Part shown: positions 1 through 8,898 of the stretch, in pieces
Layout: every line of letters starts with the position of its first letter
Position numbering within the stretch: the first letter of the stretch is position 1
Source of the DNA: a virus
Taxonomy: Duplodnaviria > Caudoviricetes
Length of the DNA stretch: 64,000 bases
IMG/VR virus record: IMGVR_UViG_3300028485_000003
Coordinates: 2,247-66,246 of that record
Direction: 5' to 3' (one strand)
The notes under the pieces: generated by a model
The model's database searches: none
What the model was told of the DNA's origin: nothing
What the model saw: the letters and a program-made list of their open reading frames with translations, nothing else
Program-made: the position numbers and the translations under genes

Positions 1-337
1 TGTGCTCGGTGACGCCGTCGCAGCGGCGCTGGCACTTGGACCCGGCGTACAGCTCGTACCACTGCGACACCGCGTCCTTCGGCGGGATCAGCACCGGGAG
101 CCGGTTGGCCTTGGAGTACACCTCGAACTCGGCAGGGCCGCCGTTGGCCGGGGTCCACGCCTTGACCTCGCCGCCGTACAGCTCGGCTACCGCGGTGAGG
201 ATCTCTCGGGAAGGGCTGGTGAAGCGGAACTTGTCGAGCTTGGCGGGGCGAGTCTTGCCGTTCGCGGTGGGGACGACGTGGCCGAGACGGATCTCGCCGA
301 GCTGCCGCATCCGGCGCTGCAAGTCGATGATGGGCAT
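1..337 (-). CDS. Conserved actinophage protein (Gp3-like/recombination-associated), 3'-truncated by window edge
   Basis: Own translation MPIIDLQRRMRQLGEIRLGHVV...KLDKFRFTS; ATG at 337 overlaps TGA of the upstream nuclease (TGATG); family assignment from recollection. Confidence 0.6.
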   Translation of the reverse strand, partial: MPIIDLQRRMRQLGEIRLGHVVPTANGKTRPAKLDKFRFTSPSREILTAVAELYGGEVKAWTPANGGPAEFEVYSKANRLPVLIPPKDAVSQWYELYAGSKCQRRCDGVTEH

Positions 338-1278
338 CAGGCAGCCTTCTCTTCGCTGTTCGTGGTGGGCAGGGTGAGGGCGGGACGGATGACCGTCTTC
401 GACAGGCCGGACGTCCACTCGGCGTTGCGCTTCGCGGTGAGGAAGGCGTCGAAGACGGCGTCGTCGGCGACCGCGGGGATGAGCCGGTAGCCCTCCGGCC
501 GTAGGTGCAGCACCACGCCGGACCAGAACGTGGAGGGCATCGGGACCTTCGTGCCGTCCTTGAGCCAGGCGACCTTGGCCTTCCGGTAGGCAGCCATCTG
601 CAGCGAGGCCTCGGGGTAGACGCCCTTCACGTCGAGTTCGCCGCCGGTCTTCGTGTCGCCGCAGAACACCGTGTCGGCGGGGATCTCGGTGTCGAAGTAC
701 GCGGCCAACGCGGCGGTGATGAGCGGGGAGCGGAGGAGGTAGTCGAGGGTGCCGGCGTAGCCCTGCTCCTCGTTGCCGACGACCATCTCGGAGGCCTCGA
801 AGGTGACCTGCCACTCCTCGACGAAGGTGAGGAAGTGGTCGAGGAAGGGGGCCAGTTCCTCGTTGGTCAGCAGTTCGGCGGGCATCGGCGTGCCGAGGAC
901 ATGGGCCTCGATGACGCGGTGTACGGCCGAGCCGACGTCCTTGCGCTCGTCCTTCTTGCGAGTGTGGGCTCGGCGCAGCCAGTCGTAGGCCTCGGTGCGC
1001 TGCTCGGGGTAGAGGCTGCTGTTGACGAGGTAGGGCAGGTTCGCCATGGCAGTCTCGGCGGTGATGTTCCCGGCCCAGAAGGTGAGGGCGTCGCCCTTGG
1101 AGCAGCCTTGTTCGAGGATGGTGGTGACGCGGCGGAGCTTGAGGTCGGTGCCCTTGACGCGGTACCAGCCCTGGCTCGGCTTGGGGATGCGGTCCGTGCC
1201 GGTCGGTGCGCTCACGGTCTTCCGGGAGCGGCGGCCGGCGGCCGGGGCCGAAGCCCCGGCGCGCGCGGTGGACTCCAT
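337..1278 (-). CDS. PD-(D/E)XK exonuclease (Cas4/RecB-like phage recombination nuclease)
   Basis: Motifs GSAVHRVIE, YAGTLD, DTKTG, QMAAY. Confidence 0.8.
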   Translation of the reverse strand: MESTARAGASAPAAGRRSRKTVSAPTGTDRIPKPSQGWYRVKGTDLKLRRVTTILEQGCSKGDALTFWAGNITAETAMANLPYLVNSSLYPEQRTEAYDWLRRAHTRKKDERKDVGSAVHRVIEAHVLGTPMPAELLTNEELAPFLDHFLTFVEEWQVTFEASEMVVGNEEQGYAGTLDYLLRSPLITAALAAYFDTEIPADTVFCGDTKTGGELDVKGVYPEASLQMAAYRKAKVAWLKDGTKVPMPSTFWSGVVLHLRPEGYRLIPAVADDAVFDAFLTAKRNAEWTSGLSKTVIRPALTLPTTNSEEKAA

Positions 1279-1748
1279 CAGGCGGCACCGTCCGCGATCT
1301 CGCTGACGTGAACCAGGTAGCCGAGGCCCTGGACCTTGCCGTAGACGACCTCGTTGTCCGTCGGCAGTCCGGCGATGGCCGACCGCACGGCGTAGGCGAG
1401 GGAGGCGGGGTGGCCCTGCATGTCCATCCAGGACTGTCCGAACAGGCGGTCGTTCCAGTCCTCGACGAGGAAGTCGTGAGGGCCGGTGCCCGACAGCTCA
1501 GCGGTGACGGTGACGGTCTGCCCGGCGAGCGGGTGTGGGCTGGCGTGGTCGTTCACGGGCGGGCGGCCTTCCGTGGTGCGGGTGGTGAGGTCGGTGATGG
1601 CGTCGGCCCACGCCGTGTCCGGGCAGGGCCCCCAGACGTCGTTGCCGTAGGCGGCCTGGTGGCGGGCGGCGATCTGCCGGGCGGCGTCGGCGCCGGCGCG
1701 GACTTCGCCGCGCTCGATCTGGCCGAGGACGCGCTGGGTGTCGGTCAT
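1278..1748 (-). CDS. Hypothetical phage protein (possible internal GTG start at 1556)
   Basis: MTDTQRVLG... in frame to stop at 1278; coupled to nuclease start. Confidence 0.55.
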   Translation of the reverse strand: MTDTQRVLGQIERGEVRAGADAARQIAARHQAAYGNDVWGPCPDTAWADAITDLTTRTTEGRPPVNDHASPHPLAGQTVTVTAELSGTGPHDFLVEDWNDRLFGQSWMDMQGHPASLAYAVRSAIAGLPTDNEVVYGKVQGLGYLVHVSEIADGAA

Positions 1749-1768
1749 GGGGGTGCGGGTGGAGAAGC

Positions 1769-2035
1769 TCACGGCCGGCCGCCCTTCGGGGTGTAGCGGG
1801 CCTCGAGGAGAGTCCCGTCGTCGGTCAGCTGGGTACGGGTCTCGAACGCGCCGGCGGGCGTGTACGGGGTGCCGTAGGCGTGGCTGCCGAATGGATAGCC
1901 GCAGCGGATGCGGCGGGCGATGTCGTCGGCGCTCAGCCGGTTGCGGTACTCCCCGACGGGGAGCCACACGCCGGGCTGTGCCTTGAGGGCGGCGACGACA
2001 GCGGTGTGGTCGGCCCTGCGGTGCCGGGTGGTCAT
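1769..2035 (-). CDS. Hypothetical phage protein
   Basis: MTTRHRRADH...; ATGA-coupled to upstream gene. Confidence 0.6.
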   Translation of the reverse strand: MTTRHRRADHTAVVAALKAQPGVWLPVGEYRNRLSADDIARRIRCGYPFGSHAYGTPYTPAGAFETRTQLTDDGTLLEARYTPKGGRP

Positions 2036-2565
2036 CGGCTGTCCTTCCGGGTTTTGAGCAGGTAGTACTGGCGGCCGGGCTCTTCGTGCCGGGTGAGGTG
2101 GCCCCACGCGGCGAGGTCGCGGAGGTCACCGCGGGCGATGGCACGGAGTTGTGTGTTGGGGATGTGGTCGAGGGTCCGCAGGTGGTCGCGGTAGAAGCGG
2201 AAGGCGGTGACGGTGGTCCAGCGGCCGCGTGCGGTGCGGATGGCGTCGAGGAGTTGGGCGACGCGGCCGGTGGGTCCGGCCGGGACCGTGGTGGTCTGGG
2301 TGCGGGCGGCGGCGGTGTCGGCCTGGTGCTCTTCGAGGAGCTTCCGCACCTGGGTGAGGTCGCCGTGTTCGGCGACGGCGGTGAGGGTGGCGATGAGGCC
2401 GTGGAGCATGGCCAACTCGCCCGGGTACGCCTGCCCGTCCTCGGCAAGCACCTCGGCGCGGACGGCGCTGTACAGCTGCTCGACACGGGCGTCGGTGGTC
2501 TCGCGGGGCGTCCACATGTCGCCGAGGAGGCTGACGTAGCGGCGGAGTTCGTCGCGGGCGCTCAT
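2032..2565 (-). CDS. Hypothetical protein, possible C-terminal winged helix
   Basis: MSARDELRRY...ARGDLRDLAAWGHLTRHEEPGRQYY; coupled overlaps. Confidence 0.6.
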   Translation of the reverse strand: MSARDELRRYVSLLGDMWTPRETTDARVEQLYSAVRAEVLAEDGQAYPGELAMLHGLIATLTAVAEHGDLTQVRKLLEEHQADTAAARTQTTTVPAGPTGRVAQLLDAIRTARGRWTTVTAFRFYRDHLRTLDHIPNTQLRAIARGDLRDLAAWGHLTRHEEPGRQYYLLKTRKDSR

Positions 2566-2927
2566 GCGGCACCCCGCTGACCCGGCACCCGCCGGCCGAA
2601 ACGACCCACCCGGCGCGCCACCACCGTCAACTCGCCCAGCAAACGCCGCACATCCCACATCGACACCCGCACCTGCGCGCTGTCCATGCACGCCACGTCC
2701 TCGACCTCCTCGATCGCCGCGTCCAGCTCGCCCTCCCGGGCCGGGCTGGCGACGACGGCGGCGAGCTCGTCGAGCGCGTCGAGGATCGCGTCCCGATCCT
2801 TCGGCTCGGCCCAGTGCTGGACGAGCTGCACGAGGGTGTCCGTCCGGATGGCGTCGACGCGGAGGACGCCGTCGAGGTGGGTGGTGCCGACCTCGAACGA
2901 CAGGCCCGGCTTGGAGGAGTGACTCAT
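2562..2927 (-). CDS. Hypothetical phage protein
   Basis: MSHSSKPGLSFEVG...; ATGA overlaps at both ends. Confidence 0.6.
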   Translation of the reverse strand: MSHSSKPGLSFEVGTTHLDGVLRVDAIRTDTLVQLVQHWAEPKDRDAILDALDELAAVVASPAREGELDAAIEEVEDVACMDSAQVRVSMWDVRRLLGELTVVARRVGRFGRRVPGQRGAA

Positions 2928-3223
2928 CGGGTGGCCTCCGGTGCAGTGAGGAGCATGAGGATTGCGACGGCGGTGATCCCTGCGTTGCGGGACACCTGCC
3001 GGGCCCGGGCCGTGGTCTCGCGGGTGGTGTGGCGGGTGTTGACCACCGCGATCAGGAGGGGGTCCAGGCGGCCGGACTCGACCGCCCGGCGGATCGCCAG
3101 CCGGGGGTCGAAGTCCTCCGGGTCGGCGTCGACGGTGAGGGAGAACAGGGCGGCGGTGGTGCTGGAGAGCATCAGCGCGATGGAGAGGGCTTCGGCCCAC
3201 TCGGTGGGAGTCGCGGCGGGCAT
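2924..3223 (-). CDS. Hypothetical protein with hydrophobic segments
   Basis: MPAATPTEWAEALSIALML...; coupled overlaps. Confidence 0.55.
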   Translation of the reverse strand: MPAATPTEWAEALSIALMLSSTTAALFSLTVDADPEDFDPRLAIRRAVESGRLDPLLIAVVNTRHTTRETTARARQVSRNAGITAVAILMLLTAPEATR

Positions 3224-4227
3224 CAGGCACCACCCGTCTTGGGCCGGTAGCCGCACTCGTCGGGGTTGTGGTCCGTGTTGCAGCCGGTGCACCACTCGGC
3301 CCGCTGGCGCGGCTCCTCGGTGTCCGGGCCGGGTGCGGTGTTGTGCGCGTGCTGCGCCTCGGCGATCACCTCGCGGACCACGGCGCCGGGCATCACCCGC
3401 CGGGCCTCCGTGACGGCGGTCGAGGCGTCCGGCCAGCAGAACAGCTCCGTGTCCGTCAGGACCGCGCTGTACTGCCATCCGGACGTCGTCCAGCAGCGGC
3501 GGCCCTTGTCCGTGCGGCGGGCCTCCAGCACGCCGAAGCCGGCCGCTCCGGGGGCCCGGCGGATGTACAGGCCATAGCCCGGCTCCCACAGGCGGAACTC
3601 GGTCGCCTGCCCGGCGAGCGTCTCCAGCTCGGTGATGCGGTCGCGGTTCGCGCGCAGCTGCTCGGCCGCCTCGGACAGGGACTCGTTCGTCGAGTGCCGC
3701 TCCGCCTCCAGCTCGGCGACGCATTTCCGCAGCGCCCGCACGTCCCGCTCAGCCTGGACCGCCGACGCCGTGTTCGCAGCCACGATGCCGACCAGGTCCG
3801 GCCACTTCAGGCCCGGCGTGTACCCGACCGCAGCAGACACCTCGTCCTGCCGGGCCGCGCGCTCGGCCCGCAACTCGGCGACGCGGGCGAGCAGCTTCCG
3901 CGCGACCGGGTTCCGGCGCGCCTCGTGTTCCTCCCACGCGGCCTGCACCTCGTCACGGTTCGCGTCATCACGCAGCCACTCCATGACGGCCTTCCACGCA
4001 GCCGTCGTCGAGGAGTTGGAGGCGGCGCCGCCATACGTGACGTAGTCGTGCGTGACGTCCAACACCTCGGGCCACGCGCGATCCACCAGCCCGTGGAACC
4101 GGTCCTCGGGCAGCAGCCACGAGACGCGAGCCACCTCGGGGATCTGCACGTACACCTGCGTCTGACGGCCGGTCGACGCCATGTCGTAGGCGTCCAGCGT
4201 CACGCGGACGATGATCGAGTCGCTCAT
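3223..4227 (-). CDS. Hypothetical coiled-coil phage protein
   Basis: MSDSIIVRVTLD...; central coiled coil, C-terminal CxxC...C. Confidence 0.6.
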   Translation of the reverse strand: MSDSIIVRVTLDAYDMASTGRQTQVYVQIPEVARVSWLLPEDRFHGLVDRAWPEVLDVTHDYVTYGGAASNSSTTAAWKAVMEWLRDDANRDEVQAAWEEHEARRNPVARKLLARVAELRAERAARQDEVSAAVGYTPGLKWPDLVGIVAANTASAVQAERDVRALRKCVAELEAERHSTNESLSEAAEQLRANRDRITELETLAGQATEFRLWEPGYGLYIRRAPGAAGFGVLEARRTDKGRRCWTTSGWQYSAVLTDTELFCWPDASTAVTEARRVMPGAVVREVIAEAQHAHNTAPGPDTEEPRQRAEWCTGCNTDHNPDECGYRPKTGGA

Positions 4228-4601
4228 GCCGCCACCTGCGCGCTCTCCGCCACCGGCAGCGCCACCGTGACCACGACCCGCACGTCCCGCCACACCGACG
4301 ACAACCGGTGAGCCCGCACCTGCCGCCCCTGGTCCTCGTACGTGTTCTGCGCGGCCTGGACGCTCCCGCCGAGCACGTCGGCGTACTGCGACAGCGCCTT
4401 CATGCCGGCGCCGTACACGAAGCCGCGCAGCTCCGCGGTCACGGAGTTGATCGACCACTCGGCGGCGGCCAAGCGGGGGTGCTCCTGGAGGAGCTGCACC
4501 AGCGCGGTCGCCGCGCTGAGCTGAGAGATAGGCTCGGTCTTCAAGGTGACCTCTCTTCTTGGTTGGGGTGGTTGCCGAGTCGTGGGGTCGGTCGGGTGCA
4601 T
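4224..4601 (-). CDS. Hypothetical phage protein
   Basis: MHPTDPTT...LVQLLQEHPRL...; coupled to downstream gene. Confidence 0.55.
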   Translation of the reverse strand: MHPTDPTTRQPPQPRREVTLKTEPISQLSAATALVQLLQEHPRLAAAEWSINSVTAELRGFVYGAGMKALSQYADVLGGSVQAAQNTYEDQGRQVRAHRLSSVWRDVRVVVTVALPVAESAQVAA

Positions 4602-4627
4602 CCGCCGGCCCTTCGGCGTGTGATGGG

Positions 4628-4879
4628 TCAGGCCCGCGCGACACTGCGGGAGGGCAGCGGCACCAGATGCCCGAGCGGGTGCGGGCCGGCCGCCGGCGCC
4701 TTCAAACCCGAGCCGGGCTCGTGGTGGAACTGCGCGTCGATGCGGGCCAGGTCGGCGTCCGTGAAGTAGACGGTCCGGCCGACCTTCGTGTGGGGGAGCC
4801 GCTTGATGTTCTTGCGCAGCCACGACTCCGTGACGCGCAGCTCCTGGGCGGCCTCCGCGTACAGCAGCCGCCGTGTCAT
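4628..4879 (-). CDS. Excisionase-like HTH DNA-binding protein
   Basis: LLYAEAAQELRVTESWLRK...HTKVGRTVYF is an HTH_17/Xis pattern; second gene of the lytic early operon. Confidence 0.75.
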   Translation of the reverse strand: MTRRLLYAEAAQELRVTESWLRKNIKRLPHTKVGRTVYFTDADLARIDAQFHHEPGSGLKAPAAGPHPLGHLVPLPSRSVARA

Positions 4880-5169
4880 GCCGGCACCGCAGCCATGTGG
4901 AGCGGCTCGGTGGGGGCGGTGACGGTGCGGCCGGTGTGCTCCCACAGGACGAGGAGGTCGACTCCAAGCCGTGCGGCAATTGCCAGTGCCTCGGCCAGGG
5001 TGGACTTCTTGCGTCGTCCGTTGCGCAGGGCGTCGATCTTCGAGGGGTGGCATCCGGCGGCTTCGGCGAGGTCGCGGACGCTGACTTCGCGGCCGTCGCC
5101 GGTGCGCTTCATGAGGCGAACCAGAAGGTCAGCGCTGACGAGGACCATGTAGGTCTCGGGGTTACGCAC
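4876..5169 (-). CDS. Cro-like XRE HTH regulator
   Basis: SVRDLAEAAGCHPSKIDALRNG HTH; divergent from repressor. Confidence 0.8.
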   Translation of the reverse strand: MRNPETYMVLVSADLLVRLMKRTGDGREVSVRDLAEAAGCHPSKIDALRNGRRKKSTLAEALAIAARLGVDLLVLWEHTGRTVTAPTEPLHMAAVPA

Positions 5170-5180
5170 GTGATCACCTC

Positions 5181-5404
5181 CGTAGACGGGGTGTGCGTTT
5201 GTGTGAACAGGAACGACAGTACACATCCGTAGACGTGCTGTCTACGGGGACGCACAGGGGACGCACGTGGCGTCAAGATTCGGTCATCACTCCCGGAGGG
5301 GATAGCGTTCATGACCCGTTTGCGTAGACACTTTGTGCCGGGGCGCGAACGGTTGTGCCCTCTGGCCTGGCATTTGCCCAGTAGTCGGGTCTCGCAACGT
5401 AGAC
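5181..5404. promoter_or_regulatory. Repressor/Cro operator region
   Basis: Perfect inverted repeat CCGTAGAC-N5-GTCTACGG at 5227-5247; further CGTAGAC half-sites at 5181, 5323, 5398; GGGGACGCAC twice (5246, 5257). Confidence 0.7.
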
Positions 5405-5438
5405 ATCAGGTGCCACGCGCGGGGAGCGAGAGGGCAGA

Positions 5439-5870
5439 ATGCAGGCCATGACTGAGCAGCGGGCGGACTTCGCAGACCTCGTGCGACAGCGACGCGCAGA
5501 ACTAGGCGCCAGCCTCCGAAAGCTGGCCGACCAGTCGACCGACCCGGAAACCGGCGCCCAGCCGGTCAAGTTCGGATGGCTCAGCAAGCTCGAGCGCGGC
5601 GAGCCCACCGAAGCCCCGTCGCCGGCCGTGCTGCGCGCGCTCCACGTCGGCCTCTCCGTACCCCTGCGCGTCCTTCAGGAGGCGGCGGCCGCCCAGTACC
5701 TGGAGATGGAGTCGTTCATCTGGAGTCAGGACCGGACGACGCGTGTGCTGGCTGCTCACATCGAGGAGATGTCGGACGAGGAGCGGCAGCAGCTTGCGGA
5801 TATCGCAGAGACGTTCGCGCGGAGGCGAGCGCAGCGTGACAGCTCTGGCCAGGGCAAGTCGGAAGAATAG
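5439..5870 (+). CDS. Immunity repressor, XRE HTH
   Basis: FADLVRQRRAELGASLRKLA...WLSKLERG; divergent from Cro-like gene, near integrase; no S24 peptidase domain. Confidence 0.8.
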   Translation: MQAMTEQRADFADLVRQRRAELGASLRKLADQSTDPETGAQPVKFGWLSKLERGEPTEAPSPAVLRALHVGLSVPLRVLQEAAAAQYLEMESFIWSQDRTTRVLAAHIEEMSDEERQQLADIAETFARRRAQRDSSGQGKSEE

Positions 5871-5975
5871 TACGACTTTCCATTACTCAGTGATTCACTC
5901 TGGTCGCACCCTGATCGGTGTGGCATCGTCGGTGCACCGCCTGGGGGGCGCAATCGGACGAATGCACACACGCGC

Positions 5976-5991
5976 TCGAACGTGCGAGCGA
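5976..5991. promoter_or_regulatory. Possible LexA (SOS) box
   Basis: TCGAAC-GTGC-GAGCGA versus actinobacterial consensus TCGAAC-N4-GTTCGA (2 mismatches). Confidence 0.4.
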
Positions 5992-6023
5992 ATGCGCTGT
6001 GTGGTATCTGGGGAGGCAGTGCG

Positions 6024-6308
6024 ATGGCGGACGGGGAACGCGAAGAGTCACGTGACGAACACCCGACTGGACAAGGAACGCCTGACGAGGAGCAGCCCCC
6101 ACTGCACCAGCAGGCCGAAGTCCGAATGGAGATGCGTGACAGCCTGCCAGGCGACCGCGCGGTGATCGGCGTCGAGCAGGACGGCGAGTTCATGTGGCTC
6201 GCCTCGAGGAAGTACGTCCACCCCAAAGCGGTCGAGGAGTTCCAGGATCAGCTGCAGCGCATCGTCGGGCAGCGCATGTGGGTACAGAACTGGCCCGGCA
6301 CCCGCTGA
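6024..6308 (+). CDS. Hypothetical protein downstream of repressor
   Basis: GGGAGG SD then MADGEREES...WVQNWPGTR. Confidence 0.65.
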   Translation: MADGEREESRDEHPTGQGTPDEEQPPLHQQAEVRMEMRDSLPGDRAVIGVEQDGEFMWLASRKYVHPKAVEEFQDQLQRIVGQRMWVQNWPGTR

Positions 6309-6319
6309 ACCCCTTCCAC

Positions 6320-6364
6320 GGCGCCCTCCGAAAGGCCCTCCCCGCAGGCCAGACGGAGGGCGCC
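6320..6364. terminator. Stem-loop between convergent genes
   Basis: GGCGCCCTCCG...CGGAGGGCGCC inverted repeat. Confidence 0.55.
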
Positions 6365-6371
6365 GCGCATC

Positions 6372-7625
6372 TCACACCACCCCGCGAATTCCAGGAGCAG
6401 CCACAGGCCCACTCATCGCCGCCGCGACAGCAGCCCGGATCTCACCATCCAGCGCCTGCACCAGGTGCCCGTACCGGTCCACCGTCGTCGTAATCGACTC
6501 ATGCCCGAGCCGGGCCTGAATCGCCGGCAGCGGAATCCGCTCCGCAATCAGCCACGCCACATGCGTATGCCGCAGATCGTGAATCCGCGGCCGCTTCGGC
6601 AGCCCCTTCACGATCGCCGCCTCCACCGCCGGAACCCAGCGGCGACGCCAGAAGTTGTCGTGCCGCCAACTCTTGCCCAGCCGGGTCTCGAAGAGCAGCC
6701 CTTCCGGCGGCTTACCTGCCATCCGGCGGCGCATCATGTCCATCTGCGCGTCGGTCAGGGCGATCACCCGGCGCGCCTTGCGGGTCTTCGGCGGGCCGAG
6801 GAAGTAGGCGGGCCCGCCGTCGCCCGGCGCCGCACGCTTCCACGAGCGCTGGACGCTCACGGAGTTCCGCGTCAGGCTCACGTCGCGGACCTGGAGGGCG
6901 GTTGCCTCGCCCCACCGCATGCCCGTCCCGACGAGCCAGTCCGCAAGATCCCGGGCGTGAGGGTCGTCGATCTCACTGGAGATGCGGGTGTACTCGTCGT
7001 GCTCGAGGAAGCACATCTCGTCGTCGATGCCGTCGTCCGTGCGGGGAAGCCGGGTGCCGCTGCAGCAGTTCTTGGACCGCAGCGGCGGCTCGGCCACGAT
7101 GGCGGCCTGCACGATCGCCGACAGCAGGCCGTGCCGGTTCGCGACCGACTTCGGCCCCGCCGGCTTGCGCAGCCACCCCTCCGGGTCGGCCGGGTCCCGC
7201 TCGCCGGTCTCCTCCGCGCGCACCCAGTCCTGGACATCGGCCGCAGTCAGGTTGGCGATGGTGGCTGTCACGACACGGCCGGACGGCTCGACATGGTGGA
7301 GGATCGACAGGTGGTTGTCGATGTCGCGTTTGTAGTCGCGGCGGGTGCGCTCGTCGATGCCGGTGAGCCGGTCGGCGTAGCGGTGTGCCCAGTCGGTGAA
7401 CGGCATGTCGCCGGGCGTGGCGGGCTCTTCGACGAACCCTTGCCCTTTCACCCAGCCGGGCGGCCATTGCTGGCCGTGGGCGTCGACCAGCTTCTTGAAC
7501 TGCTTCGCCGAGTCCTCGTCGCCGAACTTCTCGGTCTCCCAGTCGCCGCCGCGCCCGCCTTGGATCCAGCGGACCTGGTAGATCGCGGTGCCGTCCTTGC
7601 GTTCACGCTTCCTGATGCTCGCCAT
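6372..7625 (-). CDS. int: Tyrosine integrase
   Basis: GMRWGEA (R), HDLRHTH (HxxR), LGHESITTTVDRYGHL (H, Y); N-terminal arm-binding region MASIRKR. Confidence 0.95.
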   Translation of the reverse strand: MASIRKRERKDGTAIYQVRWIQGGRGGDWETEKFGDEDSAKQFKKLVDAHGQQWPPGWVKGQGFVEEPATPGDMPFTDWAHRYADRLTGIDERTRRDYKRDIDNHLSILHHVEPSGRVVTATIANLTAADVQDWVRAEETGERDPADPEGWLRKPAGPKSVANRHGLLSAIVQAAIVAEPPLRSKNCCSGTRLPRTDDGIDDEMCFLEHDEYTRISSEIDDPHARDLADWLVGTGMRWGEATALQVRDVSLTRNSVSVQRSWKRAAPGDGGPAYFLGPPKTRKARRVIALTDAQMDMMRRRMAGKPPEGLLFETRLGKSWRHDNFWRRRWVPAVEAAIVKGLPKRPRIHDLRHTHVAWLIAERIPLPAIQARLGHESITTTVDRYGHLVQALDGEIRAAVAAAMSGPVAAPGIRGVV

Positions 7626-7724
7626 GCGGGGCAGCGTAGAGCGCTCTGGCGGGGAGCGTTAGGCCCTTGTTTGGCCGGGCTTTTCGAGGGCTACGCATCT
7701 GTGCAGGTGAGGGGCGCGCGGAGA

Positions 7725-7750
7725 GCGGAGGCGGACGGGAATCGAACCCG
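7725..7750 (-). other. att core (attP-like): 3' end fragment of a tRNA, probably tRNA-Sec
   Basis: Minus strand CGGG-TTCGATT-CCCGT-CCGCCTCC-G: T-arm plus 8-nt acceptor strand and G discriminator; 5' half absent; immediately upstream of int; T(G/C)ACCTGC motifs at 7703-7710 and 7767-7774. Confidence 0.7.
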
Positions 7751-8068
7751 ATTTTTCACCCGTCTGTGACCTGCGATGATGTCGGAAACCGTGACAAATA
7801 AGGGCTGTTCGATGTCGCTCGGTTCCGCTGGATACCCCCGGGCGGCGGTCGGTTTGGCCCCGGCCAAACAGGTCGGCGGGCGCCTGCCCGATCCGGTCCG
7901 GGATGAGTGCAGATAGCGGCAAACGACAGAACCCCCGGCCGCTATGTAGGCGACGGGGGGTTATAGGGCCGCGCCGCCGTTCGCCTGGGGGGCTGGGCGG
8001 CGACGCGGCGGTCTGGTGGGTTCCTATGGCGCGTTGCCGGGATGGACGCGTTCCACACCTGCGTTCAC

Positions 8069-8084
8069 TCGAACGTGTGTTTCC
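8069..8084. promoter_or_regulatory. Possible LexA box; nearby operator-like inverted repeat
   Basis: TCGAAC-GTGT-GTTTCC; also TGTACCA-N4-TGGTACA at 8128-8145 upstream of the XRE gene. Confidence 0.35.
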
Positions 8085-8178
8085 TCGTGGATAGGGTTGC
8101 GACCCGGCCGGAAAGCACCCTCAGAAATGTACCAATGATGGTACAGACACTTGATCACGGTCCGACCAGCGTTGATCC

Positions 8179-8412
8179 GTGCCATCCGATCCGCTGCCCG
8201 ACTGGGTACCCGCCCGCCGACGCCAGATCGGAGACCGTATCCGCGCCACCCGCACCGAGCGGAAACTCTCCCAGGAGAAGCTCGCCGAACGGGCCGGCCT
8301 CGACCGCAAGACGATCAACCGGATCGAGCAGGGCACGCACGCCACGCTCATCGATCACCTGCTGCTCATCGCCGACGCCCTCGACGTGCCCCTCGCGGAT
8401 CTGGTGCGGTGA
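8179..8412 (+). CDS. Small XRE HTH regulator
   Basis: LSQEKLAERAGLDRKTINRIEQG. Confidence 0.85.
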   Translation: MPSDPLPDWVPARRRQIGDRIRATRTERKLSQEKLAERAGLDRKTINRIEQGTHATLIDHLLLIADALDVPLADLVR

Positions 8413-8414
8413 CA

Positions 8415-8450
8415 GGCGGCTGCCCTGGAGCTTCGGCACGGGCAGCCGCC
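8415..8450 (+). terminator. Stem-loop after XRE gene
   Basis: GGCGGCTGCCC...GGGCAGCCGCC, 11-bp stem. Confidence 0.6.
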
Positions 8451-8679
8451 CTCTTCCGGATGGAAGGCCGACACCGAACGGCGTCCCCCTGGCCGGCTGC
8501 CAGGAGTCTGAGTGGGGGCGGCCGCCCCAGGCTCGCAACCGGGCGGCCGCCCTTCCCTTCGCCGGACAGGTGGCAGCGAAGGGAGTTGGGTGAGCGGCCC
8601 GCCCTGACGGGGGCGTAGGGCGAGCCGCTCGAGACCCGCGCCCGGCGCGATCGGCGGACTGCACACCGGGCACGGGAGA

Positions 8680-8898
8680 TCAGGGCCTGACCTGCTGCAC
8701 CACTCGGTGCTCATGGCCCGGGTGCCGCCGGAGCCACACGTTGCAGTCGGAGACCGCGGTCTCGTCGCCCGCCGCCCTGTGCTGCTCCCGCTGGGCAGCC
8801 AGTCGCTGGCAGGTGTCGCAGCCTTCGACCGCCGTCGGCTCGAGGAGCGGTACTCCCAGGACCGGCGCCTCCTCCATAGTGTCCAGCGGCCGGGTCAC
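8680..8898 (-). CDS. Small Cys/His protein
   Basis: VTRPLDTMEE...GCDTCQRL...SDCNVWLRRH; GTGA-coupled. Confidence 0.55.
   Translation of the reverse strand: MTRPLDTMEEAPVLGVPLLEPTAVEGCDTCQRLAAQREQHRAAGDETAVSDCNVWLRRHPGHEHRVVQQVRP

Noticed and set aside
337-1278. Cas4-like nuclease as a sign of a CRISPR-Cas locus
   Set aside because: No other cas genes or array; sits in a phage recombination operon
7725-7830. Complete tRNA gene
   Set aside because: Only the T-arm and 3' acceptor strand are present; no complementary 5' strand or anticodon arm upstream
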